64,000 nt of DNA from the IMG/VR virus record IMGVR_UViG_3300030090_007211, positions 1 to 64,000 of that record, one strand, 5' to 3'. Positions 10,023 through 20,495 of this stretch are shown piece by piece. Numbering within the stretch: the first letter of the stretch is position 1; every line of letters starts with the position of its first letter. A model generated the notes under the pieces. That model saw nothing but the letters and a program-made list of their open reading frames with translations. It was not told the origin of the DNA and did not search any database. The position numbers and the translations under genes were made by a program. Source of the stretch: a virus.

Positions 10023-11021
10023 ATGGGTAAAAAGGCATTAATAACAGGAATCAATGGGCAAGATGGGTCTTATTTATCAGAATTTTTAATAGAAAAGGGT
10101 TATGAAGTATGGGGAATTGTAAAAAGGAATTCTGTATGTGAAACCCAATCTACACGCATACAACATCTATTAGAAAAAAAATTAATTAACTTAGAATATG
10201 CGGATTTAACGGATATGGCATCATTAATTAGGGTTTTAAAAAAGGTATTACCTACTGAAATTTATAATTTAGGTGCACAATCTCATGTAAGGATAAGTTT
10301 TGATCAACCACTTTATACCGCAAATGTAACAGGAATAGGTACTCTTAATTTATTGGAGGCGGCTAAAATGGTATCCCCTCATTCTAAAATATATCAAGCC
10401 AGTTCTTCGGAAATGTTTGGTAACACAATAGATAAAGATGGATATCAACGTGAGACTACCCCTTTGAATCCTGTCTCCCCTTATGGGTGTGCGAAAGTAT
10501 TTTCCTATAATATTTGTAGGAATTATAGAAATGCTTATGGTATGAAAATTTGGAATGGTATTTTATTTAATCATGAATCTCCTCGTAGAGGAACCAATTT
10601 TGTTACTAATAAAGTAGTAAAAGCTGCAGTTAAAATTAAATTAGGTTTACAGAAAAAATTACATTTAGGTAATTTAGACGCTACTAGAGATTGGGGTCAC
10701 GCTAAAGATTATGTTAAAGCAATGTGGATGATGTTACAAACGGATACTCCTGATGATTATGTATGCGCAACAGGCGTGTCTCATTCAGTTAAAGATTTAT
10801 GTCAATATACATTTAATAAATTAGAGTTAAGATATGAAGATTATGTGATTATCGATAAAAAACACATGCGAGCAGAAGAATTACGGGATTTAAAAGGAGA
10901 TGCTACTAAACTTAGAGAACACATAGGATGGGTACCTAGTTATACTTTTGAGACTATGATTGATGAAATGGTGGAATATTGGTTAAAATATTATAAAGAA
11001 AAAAATATCATCTATGCATAA
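10023..11021 (+). CDS. gmd: GDP-mannose 4,6-dehydratase
   Basis: ALITGINGQDGSYL, NLGAQSHV, YQASSSEMFG, SPYGCAK, FNHESPRRG, RDWGHA. Confidence 0.98.
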   Translation: MGKKALITGINGQDGSYLSEFLIEKGYEVWGIVKRNSVCETQSTRIQHLLEKKLINLEYADLTDMASLIRVLKKVLPTEIYNLGAQSHVRISFDQPLYTANVTGIGTLNLLEAAKMVSPHSKIYQASSSEMFGNTIDKDGYQRETTPLNPVSPYGCAKVFSYNICRNYRNAYGMKIWNGILFNHESPRRGTNFVTNKVVKAAVKIKLGLQKKLHLGNLDATRDWGHAKDYVKAMWMMLQTDTPDDYVCATGVSHSVKDLCQYTFNKLELRYEDYVIIDKKHMRAEELRDLKGDATKLREHIGWVPSYTFETMIDEMVEYWLKYYKEKNIIYA

Positions 11022-11952
11022 AATATTAGTAACAGGAGGATACGGTTTAGTAGGATCCGAATTTAATGGATCAGAATACAAAAAAATTGGGTCAAAATAT
11101 TGTGATTTAAGAGATAGTCATAACACCAATAGTTTATTTTTACAAAATAGTTTTGATAGTGTTATTCATTGTGCTGCAAAAGTAGGTGGTGTAGGGGGTA
11201 ATATGAGATATAAGGGAGAATTCTTTTATGATAACATAATGATGAATACTAACGTTATTGAATCTGCCCGAAGGCATGAAATTAAAAATTTAGTTTCTTT
11301 TCTTTCCACATGTGTTTTTCCGAATGATGTAGAATATCCTTTAACTGAGAAAAAAATACATTTAGGTCCACCACATAATTCTAATGATGCTTATGCATAT
11401 GCTAAAAGAATGTCCGACATTCAAATTAGATCTTATAAAGAACAATATGACCTTAATTATAAATGCGTAATACCAACCAATATCTATGGCCCAAATGATA
11501 ACTATGATATAGAAAATGGGCATGTAGTTCCTTCTTTAATACATAAATGTTTTATCGCTAAAGAAAGTAATACTCCTTTTACCATTTGGGGGACAGGTAA
11601 ACCCTTAAGAGAATTTATATTTAGTAAAGATGTGGCAAATTTAACTAAATGGGTTTTAGATAATTATATTGAAAATGAACCAATTATTCTTTCTACATCG
11701 GAAGAAATATCTATTAAAGAGGTAGTAGATATCATAGTAGAATTAATGAATTTCAAAGGAGAAGTTAAATGGGATCCAACTAAACCTGATGGGCAATTTA
11801 GAAAACCTAGTGATAATAGTAAAATTAAAGATTACCTACCAACCTTTAAGTTTACCCCCATAGAAAATGGTTTAAAAGAAACAATTTCTTATTTTTTAGA
11901 AAATTATGATAAAATTAGGAAAGGTAACCATATACTTTCTAAATCTCTGTGA
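11014..11952 (+). CDS. fcl: GDP-L-fucose synthase
   Basis: GLVGS, AAKVGG, YAYAKR, PTNIYGP.DN, WGTGKPLREF, KPDGQ. Confidence 0.95.
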   Translation: MHKILVTGGYGLVGSEFNGSEYKKIGSKYCDLRDSHNTNSLFLQNSFDSVIHCAAKVGGVGGNMRYKGEFFYDNIMMNTNVIESARRHEIKNLVSFLSTCVFPNDVEYPLTEKKIHLGPPHNSNDAYAYAKRMSDIQIRSYKEQYDLNYKCVIPTNIYGPNDNYDIENGHVVPSLIHKCFIAKESNTPFTIWGTGKPLREFIFSKDVANLTKWVLDNYIENEPIILSTSEEISIKEVVDIIVELMNFKGEVKWDPTKPDGQFRKPSDNSKIKDYLPTFKFTPIENGLKETISYFLENYDKIRKGNHILSKSL

Positions 11953-11984
11953 GTATATTCGTATAAAAAAATACTACATATATA

Positions 11985-12734
11985 ATGGCGAGACGTAAAT
12001 TTAAAGAGATTCCTGAAGAAGACATTCAGGAGTTACACGCATTTTTAGAAAAAACAAATAAAGAAGAAGATTTAGTATTAAGTACATTAAGTGTTAATAT
12101 TAAATGTAGGACTGAAAATCAAAAAAAATTAATCAATTCTATCAAACAAAATGAAATAACCATTTGTAGTGGTTTACCTGGTACAGGAAAAACTTTTTTA
12201 TCGTGTGCTCAAGCATTGAAGCTTTTAAAAAGTAAAAATCCAGGAAAATACAAAAGAATTGTATTAATCAAATCAGTAACCACGTTAAAAAATGAAGAAA
12301 TAGGATTTTTAAAAGGCTCATTAGAAGAAAAAATGGAACCTTATATAGATTCTTTTATGGATAATTTTCGTAAATTAATAGGAAAGGCGAGAACGGGTAA
12401 ATTAAGATCGTTAGGGTTGGTAGAAGTTTTACCTATTGCATTTGCGAGAGGTAGAAGTATAGATAACTCAATAATTATTATTGATGAAGCTCAAAATATA
12501 TCAACAGATAACATTAGAACTTTAATGACTAGAATTGGAGACGATTCCAAAATGGTAATTTTAGGGGATGTAAAACAAAAAGATATAAGAAATAAAAAAG
12601 ATTCGGCATTAGAATTAGTATTAGAAAAATTTAAAGATATACCTAATTTTGGGTGTGTTGAATTAAGAAATCCTAATGATGTAGTGAGAAATCCGATAAT
12701 AAAAACTATTGAGGAAGTATTTGAAAATTTATAA
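11985..12734 (+). CDS. phoH: PhoH-family ATPase
   Basis: GLPGTGKT, GFLKGSLEEK, RGRS, DEAQN, TRIG, VVRN. Confidence 0.95.
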   Translation: MARRKFKEIPEEDIQELHAFLEKTNKEEDLVLSTLSVNIKCRTENQKKLINSIKQNEITICSGLPGTGKTFLSCAQALKLLKSKNPGKYKRIVLIKSVTTLKNEEIGFLKGSLEEKMEPYIDSFMDNFRKLIGKARTGKLRSLGLVEVLPIAFARGRSIDNSIIIIDEAQNISTDNIRTLMTRIGDDSKMVILGDVKQKDIRNKKDSALELVLEKFKDIPNFGCVELRNPNDVVRNPIIKTIEEVFENL

Positions 12735-12736
12735 TC

Positions 12737-13378
12737 ATGAAAATAGGTATTACAATAGATGGGGTAATAAGAGATTTTATTACTAAATTTGAACAGGTGT
12801 ATGATAAATATTATCCTGTGATAGATGAAGAAACGGGGGAGAATATTGTTATAGAAAGAGACATAAAAGACCTAGATCTTTTAAAATATTTTAAGTTTAG
12901 TGGGGATAGTGTTAATGAAGAAGCAATGGAGATAAATAAATTTTTATACGTAGATGCAGCATTGGAGATATTTGGTCATGCTGGTGAAGTTAAACTAAAC
13001 TCTATTGAACACTTAAATCAATTACATAATATAATAGAAGATATGGGACATACACCTATTATTATTAGTAAGGAATTAAATAATAGTAAACCAGCCACAC
13101 TATTTTTCCTCTCCAAATTTTCAACTAAAGTTAATAATATAATTTTTGTAAGAGATTATGAAGAAAAATGGGAACATGTGGATATATTAATAACTGCCTC
13201 ACCACAAACATTAGAAACTAAACCAAATGGTAAAGTATCAATAAAGGTTATTAATACCTATAATAAACATAACGATTCAGATTATACAATAGTAGATTTA
13301 AAAGAAATTTTAGACGATAAAAAAACATTAACTAAAATTTTAAGTACGGAAACTGTAGAATTTGAGGATATTACATAA
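12737..13378 (+). CDS. HAD-like 5'(3')-deoxyribonucleotidase-like protein with degenerate motif I
   Basis: MKIGITIDGVIRDF N-terminus and overall NT5C-like layout. Confidence 0.6.
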   Translation: MKIGITIDGVIRDFITKFEQVYDKYYPVIDEETGENIVIERDIKDLDLLKYFKFSGDSVNEEAMEINKFLYVDAALEIFGHAGEVKLNSIEHLNQLHNIIEDMGHTPIIISKELNNSKPATLFFLSKFSTKVNNIIFVRDYEEKWEHVDILITASPQTLETKPNGKVSIKVINTYNKHNDSDYTIVDLKEILDDKKTLTKILSTETVEFEDIT

Positions 13379-13425
13379 AAATCATTTACTTAAATAGGAA
13401 ATTGATTTAATTTTAAAATAAAATT

Positions 13426-13743
13426 ATGGACAATATATTATTAGAAGTGGGTGGAAAAGAGTATTACATAGATGTGGATGCCTTATCTGCCTGTATAAGT
13501 GTTGAAAAAAAATCATTAGTCGGATCAGACAATGAAGAAATACATAATAAAGTAGAAAATGAAGGTGGATTACAGATAGATGTTGCTAAATATGAAATTT
13601 ATAGAGATTTATTAAACACTGTTTTAACCACTAATGAAATTTTTGATGAAAAATTAGGTGTTGCCGGTTTAAATTCTTTACCAATACCCTTTAAATTATC
13701 TTTTAATACCTTATTAATTAAAAGAATCATAAAAGAATTATAA
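13426..13743 (+). CDS. hypothetical protein
   Basis: ORF in operon context. Confidence 0.7.
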   Translation: MDNILLEVGGKEYYIDVDALSACISVEKKSLVGSDNEEIHNKVENEGGLQIDVAKYEIYRDLLNTVLTTNEIFDEKLGVAGLNSLPIPFKLSFNTLLIKRIIKEL

Positions 13744-13753
13744 AAATACAAAC

Positions 13754-14887
13754 ATGAGTGATAAAATTACAAACTTAGAAGAAGCAATTGAAAAAATAAA
13801 CAATAAAGATTTTGGTATTTATTTTTTCACTATAGATACTAAGGGTAATCCTACTGCAGGCGTTGCCAATATCTATGAACATGTAAAAGTTTTACGTGAA
13901 TTAGGATATAATGCACAAATTTTACATGATAAAAACGATTATAAATTAAAAGGTGATGATGAAGGTATTGGTCTGGAGGATTGGTTAGGTGAAGAATATG
14001 CTTCACTACCTCACGTTTCCATAGAATCCCAACAACTACAAGTTGGTCTTGCGGATGTTGTAGTAATACCCGAAGCATTTGCAAGTATAATGAAACAGAC
14101 TACTAATTTCCCTTGTAAAAGAATAGTATTCTTACAATCTTATGAATATATTTTTGAAATGTTAGAAATTGGTGAAAATTGGGGAGCATTTGGAATTAAT
14201 GATGTGATTACTACAAACCAAAATTTAAAAGACTATGTTAATAGTGTATTTAGAAATATGGTTACAGAAATTATACCTGTAGGTATTCCAGAATATTTTA
14301 CACCTAACGAAAAACCTACTGTCCCTACCGTCGCAATTAGTGCGAGAGATAAAAGAGAGGTTTTGAAACTAGTAAAAGTATTTTTCCAAAAATATCCACA
14401 CTATCAATTTGTAACGTTTAGAGATATGTCAGGGTTGGCACGAAAAGATTTTGCTAAAGCTTTACAAGAATCATTTTTAGGGGTATGGATAGATGAATTA
14501 GCAAGTTTTGGTACATTCCCTATAGAATGTATGAAAACTAATACTCCTGTTATTGGTAAAATTCCTAGGTTAGTACCTGAATGGATGGGTAATGTTGACG
14601 ATAAAGGTAATTTACAATTAAATGATAATGGTGTATGGACAGCGAATTTAAACGCTTTACCTGATTTAATCGCAACTATGGTTGGATTATACATGGAAGA
14701 TTCTATACCAACCAACATTACTGAAGGTACTACTGAATATACGACCCAATATACTGAAGAAAAGACTAAAAATACTATTAAAGAAGTATATGGTAAAATA
14801 TTTGATAGAAGAATTGTGGAAATAAACAATTTAATAACAAAAGAATCTGCAACACTAGAAACGTCTACTGTTGAAAATAATAATTAA
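13754..14887 (+). CDS. GT-B-like glycosyltransferase
   Basis: GVANIYEHV..L..LG, VVVIPE, SFGTFPIECM...PVIG. Confidence 0.7.
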   Translation: MSDKITNLEEAIEKINNKDFGIYFFTIDTKGNPTAGVANIYEHVKVLRELGYNAQILHDKNDYKLKGDDEGIGLEDWLGEEYASLPHVSIESQQLQVGLADVVVIPEAFASIMKQTTNFPCKRIVFLQSYEYIFEMLEIGENWGAFGINDVITTNQNLKDYVNSVFRNMVTEIIPVGIPEYFTPNEKPTVPTVAISARDKREVLKLVKVFFQKYPHYQFVTFRDMSGLARKDFAKALQESFLGVWIDELASFGTFPIECMKTNTPVIGKIPRLVPEWMGNVDDKGNLQLNDNGVWTANLNALPDLIATMVGLYMEDSIPTNITEGTTEYTTQYTEEKTKNTIKEVYGKIFDRRIVEINNLITKESATLETSTVENNN

Positions 14888-14902
14888 TTAAAAAAAATAG
14901 AT

Positions 14903-15700
14903 ATGTCGAATAATATAACGGTTATTATACCAATACATGAATTAAGTGATAATCTAGAAGATTATTTAAAAAAATCTGTGTTAAGTGTCGCAGAACAAAC
15001 TACTTTACCTACCGAACTTTTAATTGTAAGTGCAAAAAATAAAGAATTAAAAACATTTTTAAATAAATTTGATTTTGGTGCAGTTAAAGATATAACTCGT
15101 ATCGTAGAAAACGATAATGAAGATACATCATTCCAATCTCAAATAAATTATGGAGTAAATGAAAGTAATACACCATATTTTACTTTTTTAGAGTATGATG
15201 ATGAGCTTTCTAAAATATGGATTAAAAATGGTAAAGAATATATAAATCATTATCCTGAAGTAGGAGTATTTTTACCTATCATATTTGAATGTGATGTTAA
15301 CGGACAATTCCTTTCTTTCACCAATGAAAATGTTTGGGTAAATAATGTTTCGGAACAACAAGGGTTTTTAGATAATAATACATTACAAAAAGTCCATAAT
15401 TTTAATTTTGATGGAATGATTGTTAAAAAAGAAACATTCCAAGAGCATGGCGAGTTAAAGGCTAATATGAAACTCACTTTTACTTATGAATTTTTGTTAA
15501 GAATGAGTTATTTCTCTATACCTATAATGGTAATACCAAAATTGGGTTATAAACACATCAATAATAGAGCAAACTCACTATTTGATCATTATAAAAATAC
15601 TGTTGATGTATTAGAGACTAAATTTTGGGTTAACAAAGCAAAGAAAGAATATTTTTTCACAGAAGATAGAGAAATAACATACGAAGCAGAAACCGTATAA
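14903..15700 (+). CDS. GT2-family glycosyltransferase
   Basis: ITVIIP, SV..QT..P.E, N.G, FLEYDD, EFLLRM. Confidence 0.8.
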   Translation: MSNNITVIIPIHELSDNLEDYLKKSVLSVAEQTTLPTELLIVSAKNKELKTFLNKFDFGAVKDITRIVENDNEDTSFQSQINYGVNESNTPYFTFLEYDDELSKIWIKNGKEYINHYPEVGVFLPIIFECDVNGQFLSFTNENVWVNNVSEQQGFLDNNTLQKVHNFNFDGMIVKKETFQEHGELKANMKLTFTYEFLLRMSYFSIPIMVIPKLGYKHINNRANSLFDHYKNTVDVLETKFWVNKAKKEYFFTEDREITYEAETV

Positions 15701-16438
15701 ATGTCTGAGGAACCCAAAAAGCGTGGACGTAAAAGGACAACTAATTTATATTTCGGACCGGAACAGGAAGAAGCTGTAGTAACTTTTTTAACTTCTGAAG
15801 ATTGGGAAGAAAGAAATAGAATTTATAATAATCATTTACGCGCACCCTTAAATAAAATGATAGAATCCATTATTCGAAGGTATAAGCTTTATAGAAAGGC
15901 AGATACCTTCGAAGATGTACATGCAGATACCTTATCTTTTTTAGCAACCAAAATGGAAAAATTCCAACCTGATAAAAATAAAAAAGCGTATTCTTATTTT
16001 GGAACAATATGTAAAAATTATTTATTAGGGCAATTACTTAAAGCAGATAAAAGAATGAAATCAGACCTTTCTTATGAAGATATGTATAAGACTGTCGAAG
16101 AAATGGATGATTATAAATATAGTATTGAAGATGGTGATAAAACACCTTTAGAAGAATTTATAAGAGAAATTTCTGCCAATATTAAAGCAGAAACTAATCA
16201 TGGTAAAATTACTGAAAATGAAAAATTAGTAGGTAATGCGTTAGTTATGGTGTTAGATAATTGGGAAACTATATTTGAACAAGTAGAAAGTGGGAATAAA
16301 TACAATAAAAATTTAATACTATCTTATATTAGAGAAATATCTGGTTTAACCACTAAAGATATTAGAGTTTCTATGAGAAGATATAAAAAAATCTACTCAG
16401 CCCTTAAAAATTTCAAAATAGATAAAGGTTTATTGTAA
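15701..16438 (+). CDS. T4 gp55-like late sigma factor
   Basis: YF..EQEEAV, FQPDKNKKAYSYFGTICKNYL resembles sigma region 2 of gp55; no region 4 apparent. Confidence 0.7.
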   Translation: MSEEPKKRGRKRTTNLYFGPEQEEAVVTFLTSEDWEERNRIYNNHLRAPLNKMIESIIRRYKLYRKADTFEDVHADTLSFLATKMEKFQPDKNKKAYSYFGTICKNYLLGQLLKADKRMKSDLSYEDMYKTVEEMDDYKYSIEDGDKTPLEEFIREISANIKAETNHGKITENEKLVGNALVMVLDNWETIFEQVESGNKYNKNLILSYIREISGLTTKDIRVSMRRYKKIYSALKNFKIDKGLL

Positions 16439-16454
16439 AAAGTACCGTTTTTAA

Positions 16455-16461
16455 TATTTAT
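16455..16461 (+). promoter_or_regulatory. putative late promoter TATTTAT
   Basis: Motif recurring upstream of about 22 structural or late genes. Confidence 0.65.
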
Positions 16462-16479
16462 AGTTAAAGATAGTATGTT

Positions 16480-16866
16480 ATGGGAAGACCTAAAAAAACT
16501 AAAATAAATTTAGATAAGAATAGTTTGCAAGAATTTATGCAAGAAATTTATAATGATTGTGTAAATGTAATGAATAGTGCTCGTAAAGAATTAAATGAAA
16601 GAAAAAATAGGGCAGAAATAGAAGATGTTAATGACGAATCTTTAATTGGTAAAGTTAATAATGATACTTTAAAAATTATAGAAGCCACCATTGATAGGAA
16701 ATTAGCTTTAGCTAAATTACAAACTCAAATTATCAGTACAGATAACAAAGATACTGATAATACCTCTCAAACAGATAATAGTTTCACTGATCAAGATAAA
16801 CATTTATTACGTGAATTATTTAATGAGAAGAAAAACGATACTAATACTGACTACGATTTAGACTAA
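16480..16866 (+). CDS. hypothetical late protein, possibly small terminase-like
   Basis: Helical coiled-coil protein after the late sigma gene with late motif. Confidence 0.5.
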   Translation: MGRPKKTKINLDKNSLQEFMQEIYNDCVNVMNSARKELNERKNRAEIEDVNDESLIGKVNNDTLKIIEATIDRKLALAKLQTQIISTDNKDTDNTSQTDNSFTDQDKHLLRELFNEKKNDTNTDYDLD

Positions 16867-16870
16867 ATTT

Positions 16871-18538
16871 ATGAGTGAAAAATTAAAAAATATAGTTTGT
16901 GAACCAAAAGATATCATAGGAGATCTAAAACGAGAGATTATGGAATTAATTAGTCTCCGTAAAATTACTTGTGATAATTTACCCTCAGTATCTATACCTA
17001 CATTCCCACCACCAATTCCTTCAATTAATTTAAGTATGAGTGTTATAGATTTCTTAAAAGATATTTTAGCATTGGTACAAGGAATAAGTTTTGAACAAAT
17101 GAGATTACAACTTATAGCTTGGTTAGTGGAACAAATACAACCTTTAGAAAGGAGTTTAGCTTTAAATTTTAAATTAGCGTTAAAAGAATGTTTTGCGTGT
17201 CAAACTAGTCCTATTATACCTACATGGTTATTCTATACTGACCCTACTACAGGGGCATTGGGAGAAGGGATTAATATTGAATTAAATAAAATAGATTTAA
17301 CTTGTTTATTTAGTGTTAATCCTAATAGTGAGGCAGGTAAGTTACTATATGACGGCACACCCCAAACAGATTTGAATAGGTTTTTATGGGATGTTATTCA
17401 AGCTAATGGAACACCTTTATTGTGGAAAGATCCTATCACAGGTAAAGATATTGCTTATTTTACATTTTTAGAAGATGATCCTAGTGCTTACACCACTACA
17501 ACTAATGCTGGTGGACCTCAAGATGGTGACCCTAAAGAAATGGTTTTTAAAATGCATATTGCAAATACTTTTCATAATAAAAGTTTAATCACATTTATTA
17601 ATGATTATGTAAATAGTCAAACACCTTTATTTGATAGTAATAAAGTCATACCAAATACTATTAATTTTATTTATGGGACAATAACTAATAAAATAAAATT
17701 ACCTGAAGAATGTGTTGGTCAGATTGTGGAATTAGAAACTGCAATAGAAGATTATATTAATATAGGAATAAATGATGCAGAAGTGGAAGTGGATAATTCA
17801 TTCTATTCCTTCACTACTGAACAAATGGTTGATATTAAAAATAAAGTTTCCCAACGAATGGCAGGTGTTAAAAATTATGAAAAATGTTGTAATAAACAAA
17901 GTAGTAAAATATCTTTTTCGGAGTTAGTAGATATAAATGATAATATACAGGCGACATCAACTCTAAATGAACAAATTGATGTATATGGTAAAGCAATTAA
18001 TTCTTTAAATGATTCATCTATCTCTAATTTATCATCTAATGACGCAGATAGAGGATCAGAAGAATTCTTTTCTAACTTTATAACTGGATTACAAGTAGCA
18101 CTTACAAAAATGTTTTTATCACCTAAAAATCTTATGTTGGCAAATATGATGTTTTTTTTAGTTAATAATAAACCCATACAGTCTAATACAATTAAAGGAA
18201 TATTAAAAGATTTCGAATGTGTGTTTAGAATAATTTTGGCAGATTTAATCAATAAATTAATTTATGAATTTTTATTGCCACTTATTATTAACGCATTAAA
18301 AAATATTATACTTTGTTATATAACTAAAAAAATAAAGGAAAAACAATTATATAATTTATTAACATTAAAAAGTTTATTACCAGGACCAATTGCAGGAGCA
18401 TTAGATAAAGTAGACCAATTATTAGGTAAAGGTAGTCAAATAACAGATATAGCACAAGGATATGCCAATCAAGTTAATTTAAATTCTCTTAATAATATAA
18501 ATTTAAAGGGAACTAAGTTTGGTAAATTCTGTGATTAA
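16871..18538 (+). CDS. hypothetical virion protein (baseplate region)
   Basis: 555 aa ORF in the late operon before the gp5-like gene. Confidence 0.55.
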   Translation: MSEKLKNIVCEPKDIIGDLKREIMELISLRKITCDNLPSVSIPTFPPPIPSINLSMSVIDFLKDILALVQGISFEQMRLQLIAWLVEQIQPLERSLALNFKLALKECFACQTSPIIPTWLFYTDPTTGALGEGINIELNKIDLTCLFSVNPNSEAGKLLYDGTPQTDLNRFLWDVIQANGTPLLWKDPITGKDIAYFTFLEDDPSAYTTTTNAGGPQDGDPKEMVFKMHIANTFHNKSLITFINDYVNSQTPLFDSNKVIPNTINFIYGTITNKIKLPEECVGQIVELETAIEDYINIGINDAEVEVDNSFYSFTTEQMVDIKNKVSQRMAGVKNYEKCCNKQSSKISFSELVDINDNIQATSTLNEQIDVYGKAINSLNDSSISNLSSNDADRGSEEFFSNFITGLQVALTKMFLSPKNLMLANMMFFLVNNKPIQSNTIKGILKDFECVFRIILADLINKLIYEFLLPLIINALKNIILCYITKKIKEKQLYNLLTLKSLLPGPIAGALDKVDQLLGKGSQITDIAQGYANQVNLNSLNNINLKGTKFGKFCD

Positions 18539-18549
18539 AAAAATATATT

Positions 18550-18978
18550 ATGAGTAATAATTCAAATAGTGCACGCAGTCAAGGAGTTTTAGGTGCGATT
18601 AGTACCGTTACTAACTTATTAAAAAATGCGTTTAACCCTTCCACCCCATTACAACCAGTTGCTAGTGCACAAATATTGGCTGGGGCACAATTTAGAGAAG
18701 GATTAAGTGCAATAGATATCGCATCTAAAATTATCCAAAGAAAAAAGGATTTAGGAATCCCTATTGGGCCTTTACCTAGTGGTGGTGATAACTTAGATTT
18801 AATGATGGAAACTATAAGAGTAGAAGAAATTGTAAATGCACTATTAACAAAAATGAAAGTAGAAGTTGCAATACCTCCAGGGACTAGTCTAACAGCTACA
18901 GGAGGAAATGCAGGTGGACCGATAGTAGTTCAAGGAATAACAACTCAAATAGTAAAAGGACAAGGAATTGCAAGATAA
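18550..18978 (+). CDS. hypothetical structural protein
   Basis: Gly-rich C-terminus (TATGGNAGGPIVVQG), baseplate operon. Confidence 0.55.
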   Translation: MSNNSNSARSQGVLGAISTVTNLLKNAFNPSTPLQPVASAQILAGAQFREGLSAIDIASKIIQRKKDLGIPIGPLPSGGDNLDLMMETIRVEEIVNALLTKMKVEVAIPPGTSLTATGGNAGGPIVVQGITTQIVKGQGIAR

Positions 18979-19171
18979 TACAGAAAATAAAATAATAGAC
19001 TGGAAAAATATTTCTAATAGTAAAATTAAAGAAAATTTAATGTCTTTACGACATGAACATATTGCGTTGAAATCTCAAGTAGATAAAATTTTAAAGAAAA
19101 TGTCGGAAGTAGAGAAGGAATATTATTATGGGAATTCAATTTTAACTAATAGATATAAAGGTGTTGAGTAA
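18968..19171 (+). CDS. small coiled-coil hypothetical protein
   Basis: Overlaps both neighbours. Confidence 0.6.
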   Translation: MQDNTENKIIDWKNISNSKIKENLMSLRHEHIALKSQVDKILKKMSEVEKEYYYGNSILTNRYKGVE

Positions 19172-20475
19172 TGAATAATTATTATGAAGATAGTATTAAG
19201 AAAAGTATACCTTTAATTAGATGGGGTATAGTTACCAATAATATTGATAATGGACAATCAGGTATTATTCAAGTTCGTATTGATGGTATAGATGACACCG
19301 TTACAATAGATAGTGAATTACCTCCTTGTTTACCTTTATTACCTAGATTTTTAAATGTTTTACCAAAAGTAGGAGAAGCAGTATATGTTTTTCAATGGGA
19401 TTATGATACTGGTGCACCTAATGCGGAGTTTCAAAATACTAGATTATATTTTGGTCCGGTTATAAGTACTCCCACTAAGTTAGACTATGATGATGCCAAA
19501 CAATCTAATTCAGTTTTACCTTTTGGTCATAGTCAAGTAGGAAATCCTAATATTCAAGAAGGCGCTTATGGTATAAGTGATAACGATATTGTTTTACAAG
19601 GTAGATATAATACTGATATCATACAAAAAGATCGTCAAGTTTGGTTAAGGGCGGGAAAATTTGTTGAGGGGGAGAATAATCAATTTAATACTACAGACAT
19701 AGGGTATATCCAACTTAGATATGGGGGGGAAAAATTAAAAACTACTACTGAAGATAAAGAAATAGTTACCAAAGTTGCACCAATACCTAATAGATTAATA
19801 CAAACTTATATTACTACCTATATAACTGGAAATATTGCATTATCAAATGATTTATCTCCTGAGAGATATGTACAATCCGACATCACTAAAACCACTATTA
19901 ATATAACAGTAAAAGATTTAGAAAGTAATAATATTTTAAATACATTGGTTCAAGACTTTATAGGGGTTACTTCTAGAGAAAGTGCTATTTTAGCATCCAA
20001 TACTTTTATTAATACGTGGAAAGGAAATAAATGGAAATTAAAATGTGATGCACCAGATTTACTTAATAATTATCCTAATGCGTCTAATGGGATTGCAATA
20101 TATTCTATAACCCCTAAAGAAGAAAGAAAAATTATTAAAGTTAATAAAACCACAATAGAAAAAGATGATAAATCAAGTGTCATTAACTTGGTGGCAAATA
20201 AAATAAATCTGTTGAGTCATGATGGGGAACATACTTTTGATTTAACAGACCCAAAACAATTAATTACTGGGGAAGAACAAGAGGTAATCAATAGTGAAGC
20301 CCATCCCTTAGTTTATGGTGATAAATTAGTAGAATTTCTTAAATTAATGAAGGAATATGTTAATTTACATGTTCACCCTTATAATGGTTTACCGGCAGAT
20401 CCTGATTCTACTAAATTAGAAGTATTAAGATTTGACTTAGATACTATATTAAATAAAAACATTAACAGTAATTAA
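19171..20475 (+). CDS. baseplate hub/spike protein (gp5/VgrG-like)
   Basis: N-terminal OB-fold pattern G.V....D....G.IQVRI...LPKVGEAVYV; C-terminal HVH metal-binding tip motif. Confidence 0.7.
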   Translation: MNNYYEDSIKKSIPLIRWGIVTNNIDNGQSGIIQVRIDGIDDTVTIDSELPPCLPLLPRFLNVLPKVGEAVYVFQWDYDTGAPNAEFQNTRLYFGPVISTPTKLDYDDAKQSNSVLPFGHSQVGNPNIQEGAYGISDNDIVLQGRYNTDIIQKDRQVWLRAGKFVEGENNQFNTTDIGYIQLRYGGEKLKTTTEDKEIVTKVAPIPNRLIQTYITTYITGNIALSNDLSPERYVQSDITKTTINITVKDLESNNILNTLVQDFIGVTSRESAILASNTFINTWKGNKWKLKCDAPDLLNNYPNASNGIAIYSITPKEERKIIKVNKTTIEKDDKSSVINLVANKINLLSHDGEHTFDLTDPKQLITGEEQEVINSEAHPLVYGDKLVEFLKLMKEYVNLHVHPYNGLPADPDSTKLEVLRFDLDTILNKNINSN

Positions 20476-20495
20476 TATATTTATATATAAAGAAA

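Noticed and set aside
197-15700. Bacterial chromosomal LPS or capsule locus
   Set aside because: No flippase or polymerase; interleaved with dut, phoH and a gp55-like sigma and continuous with phage structural genes.
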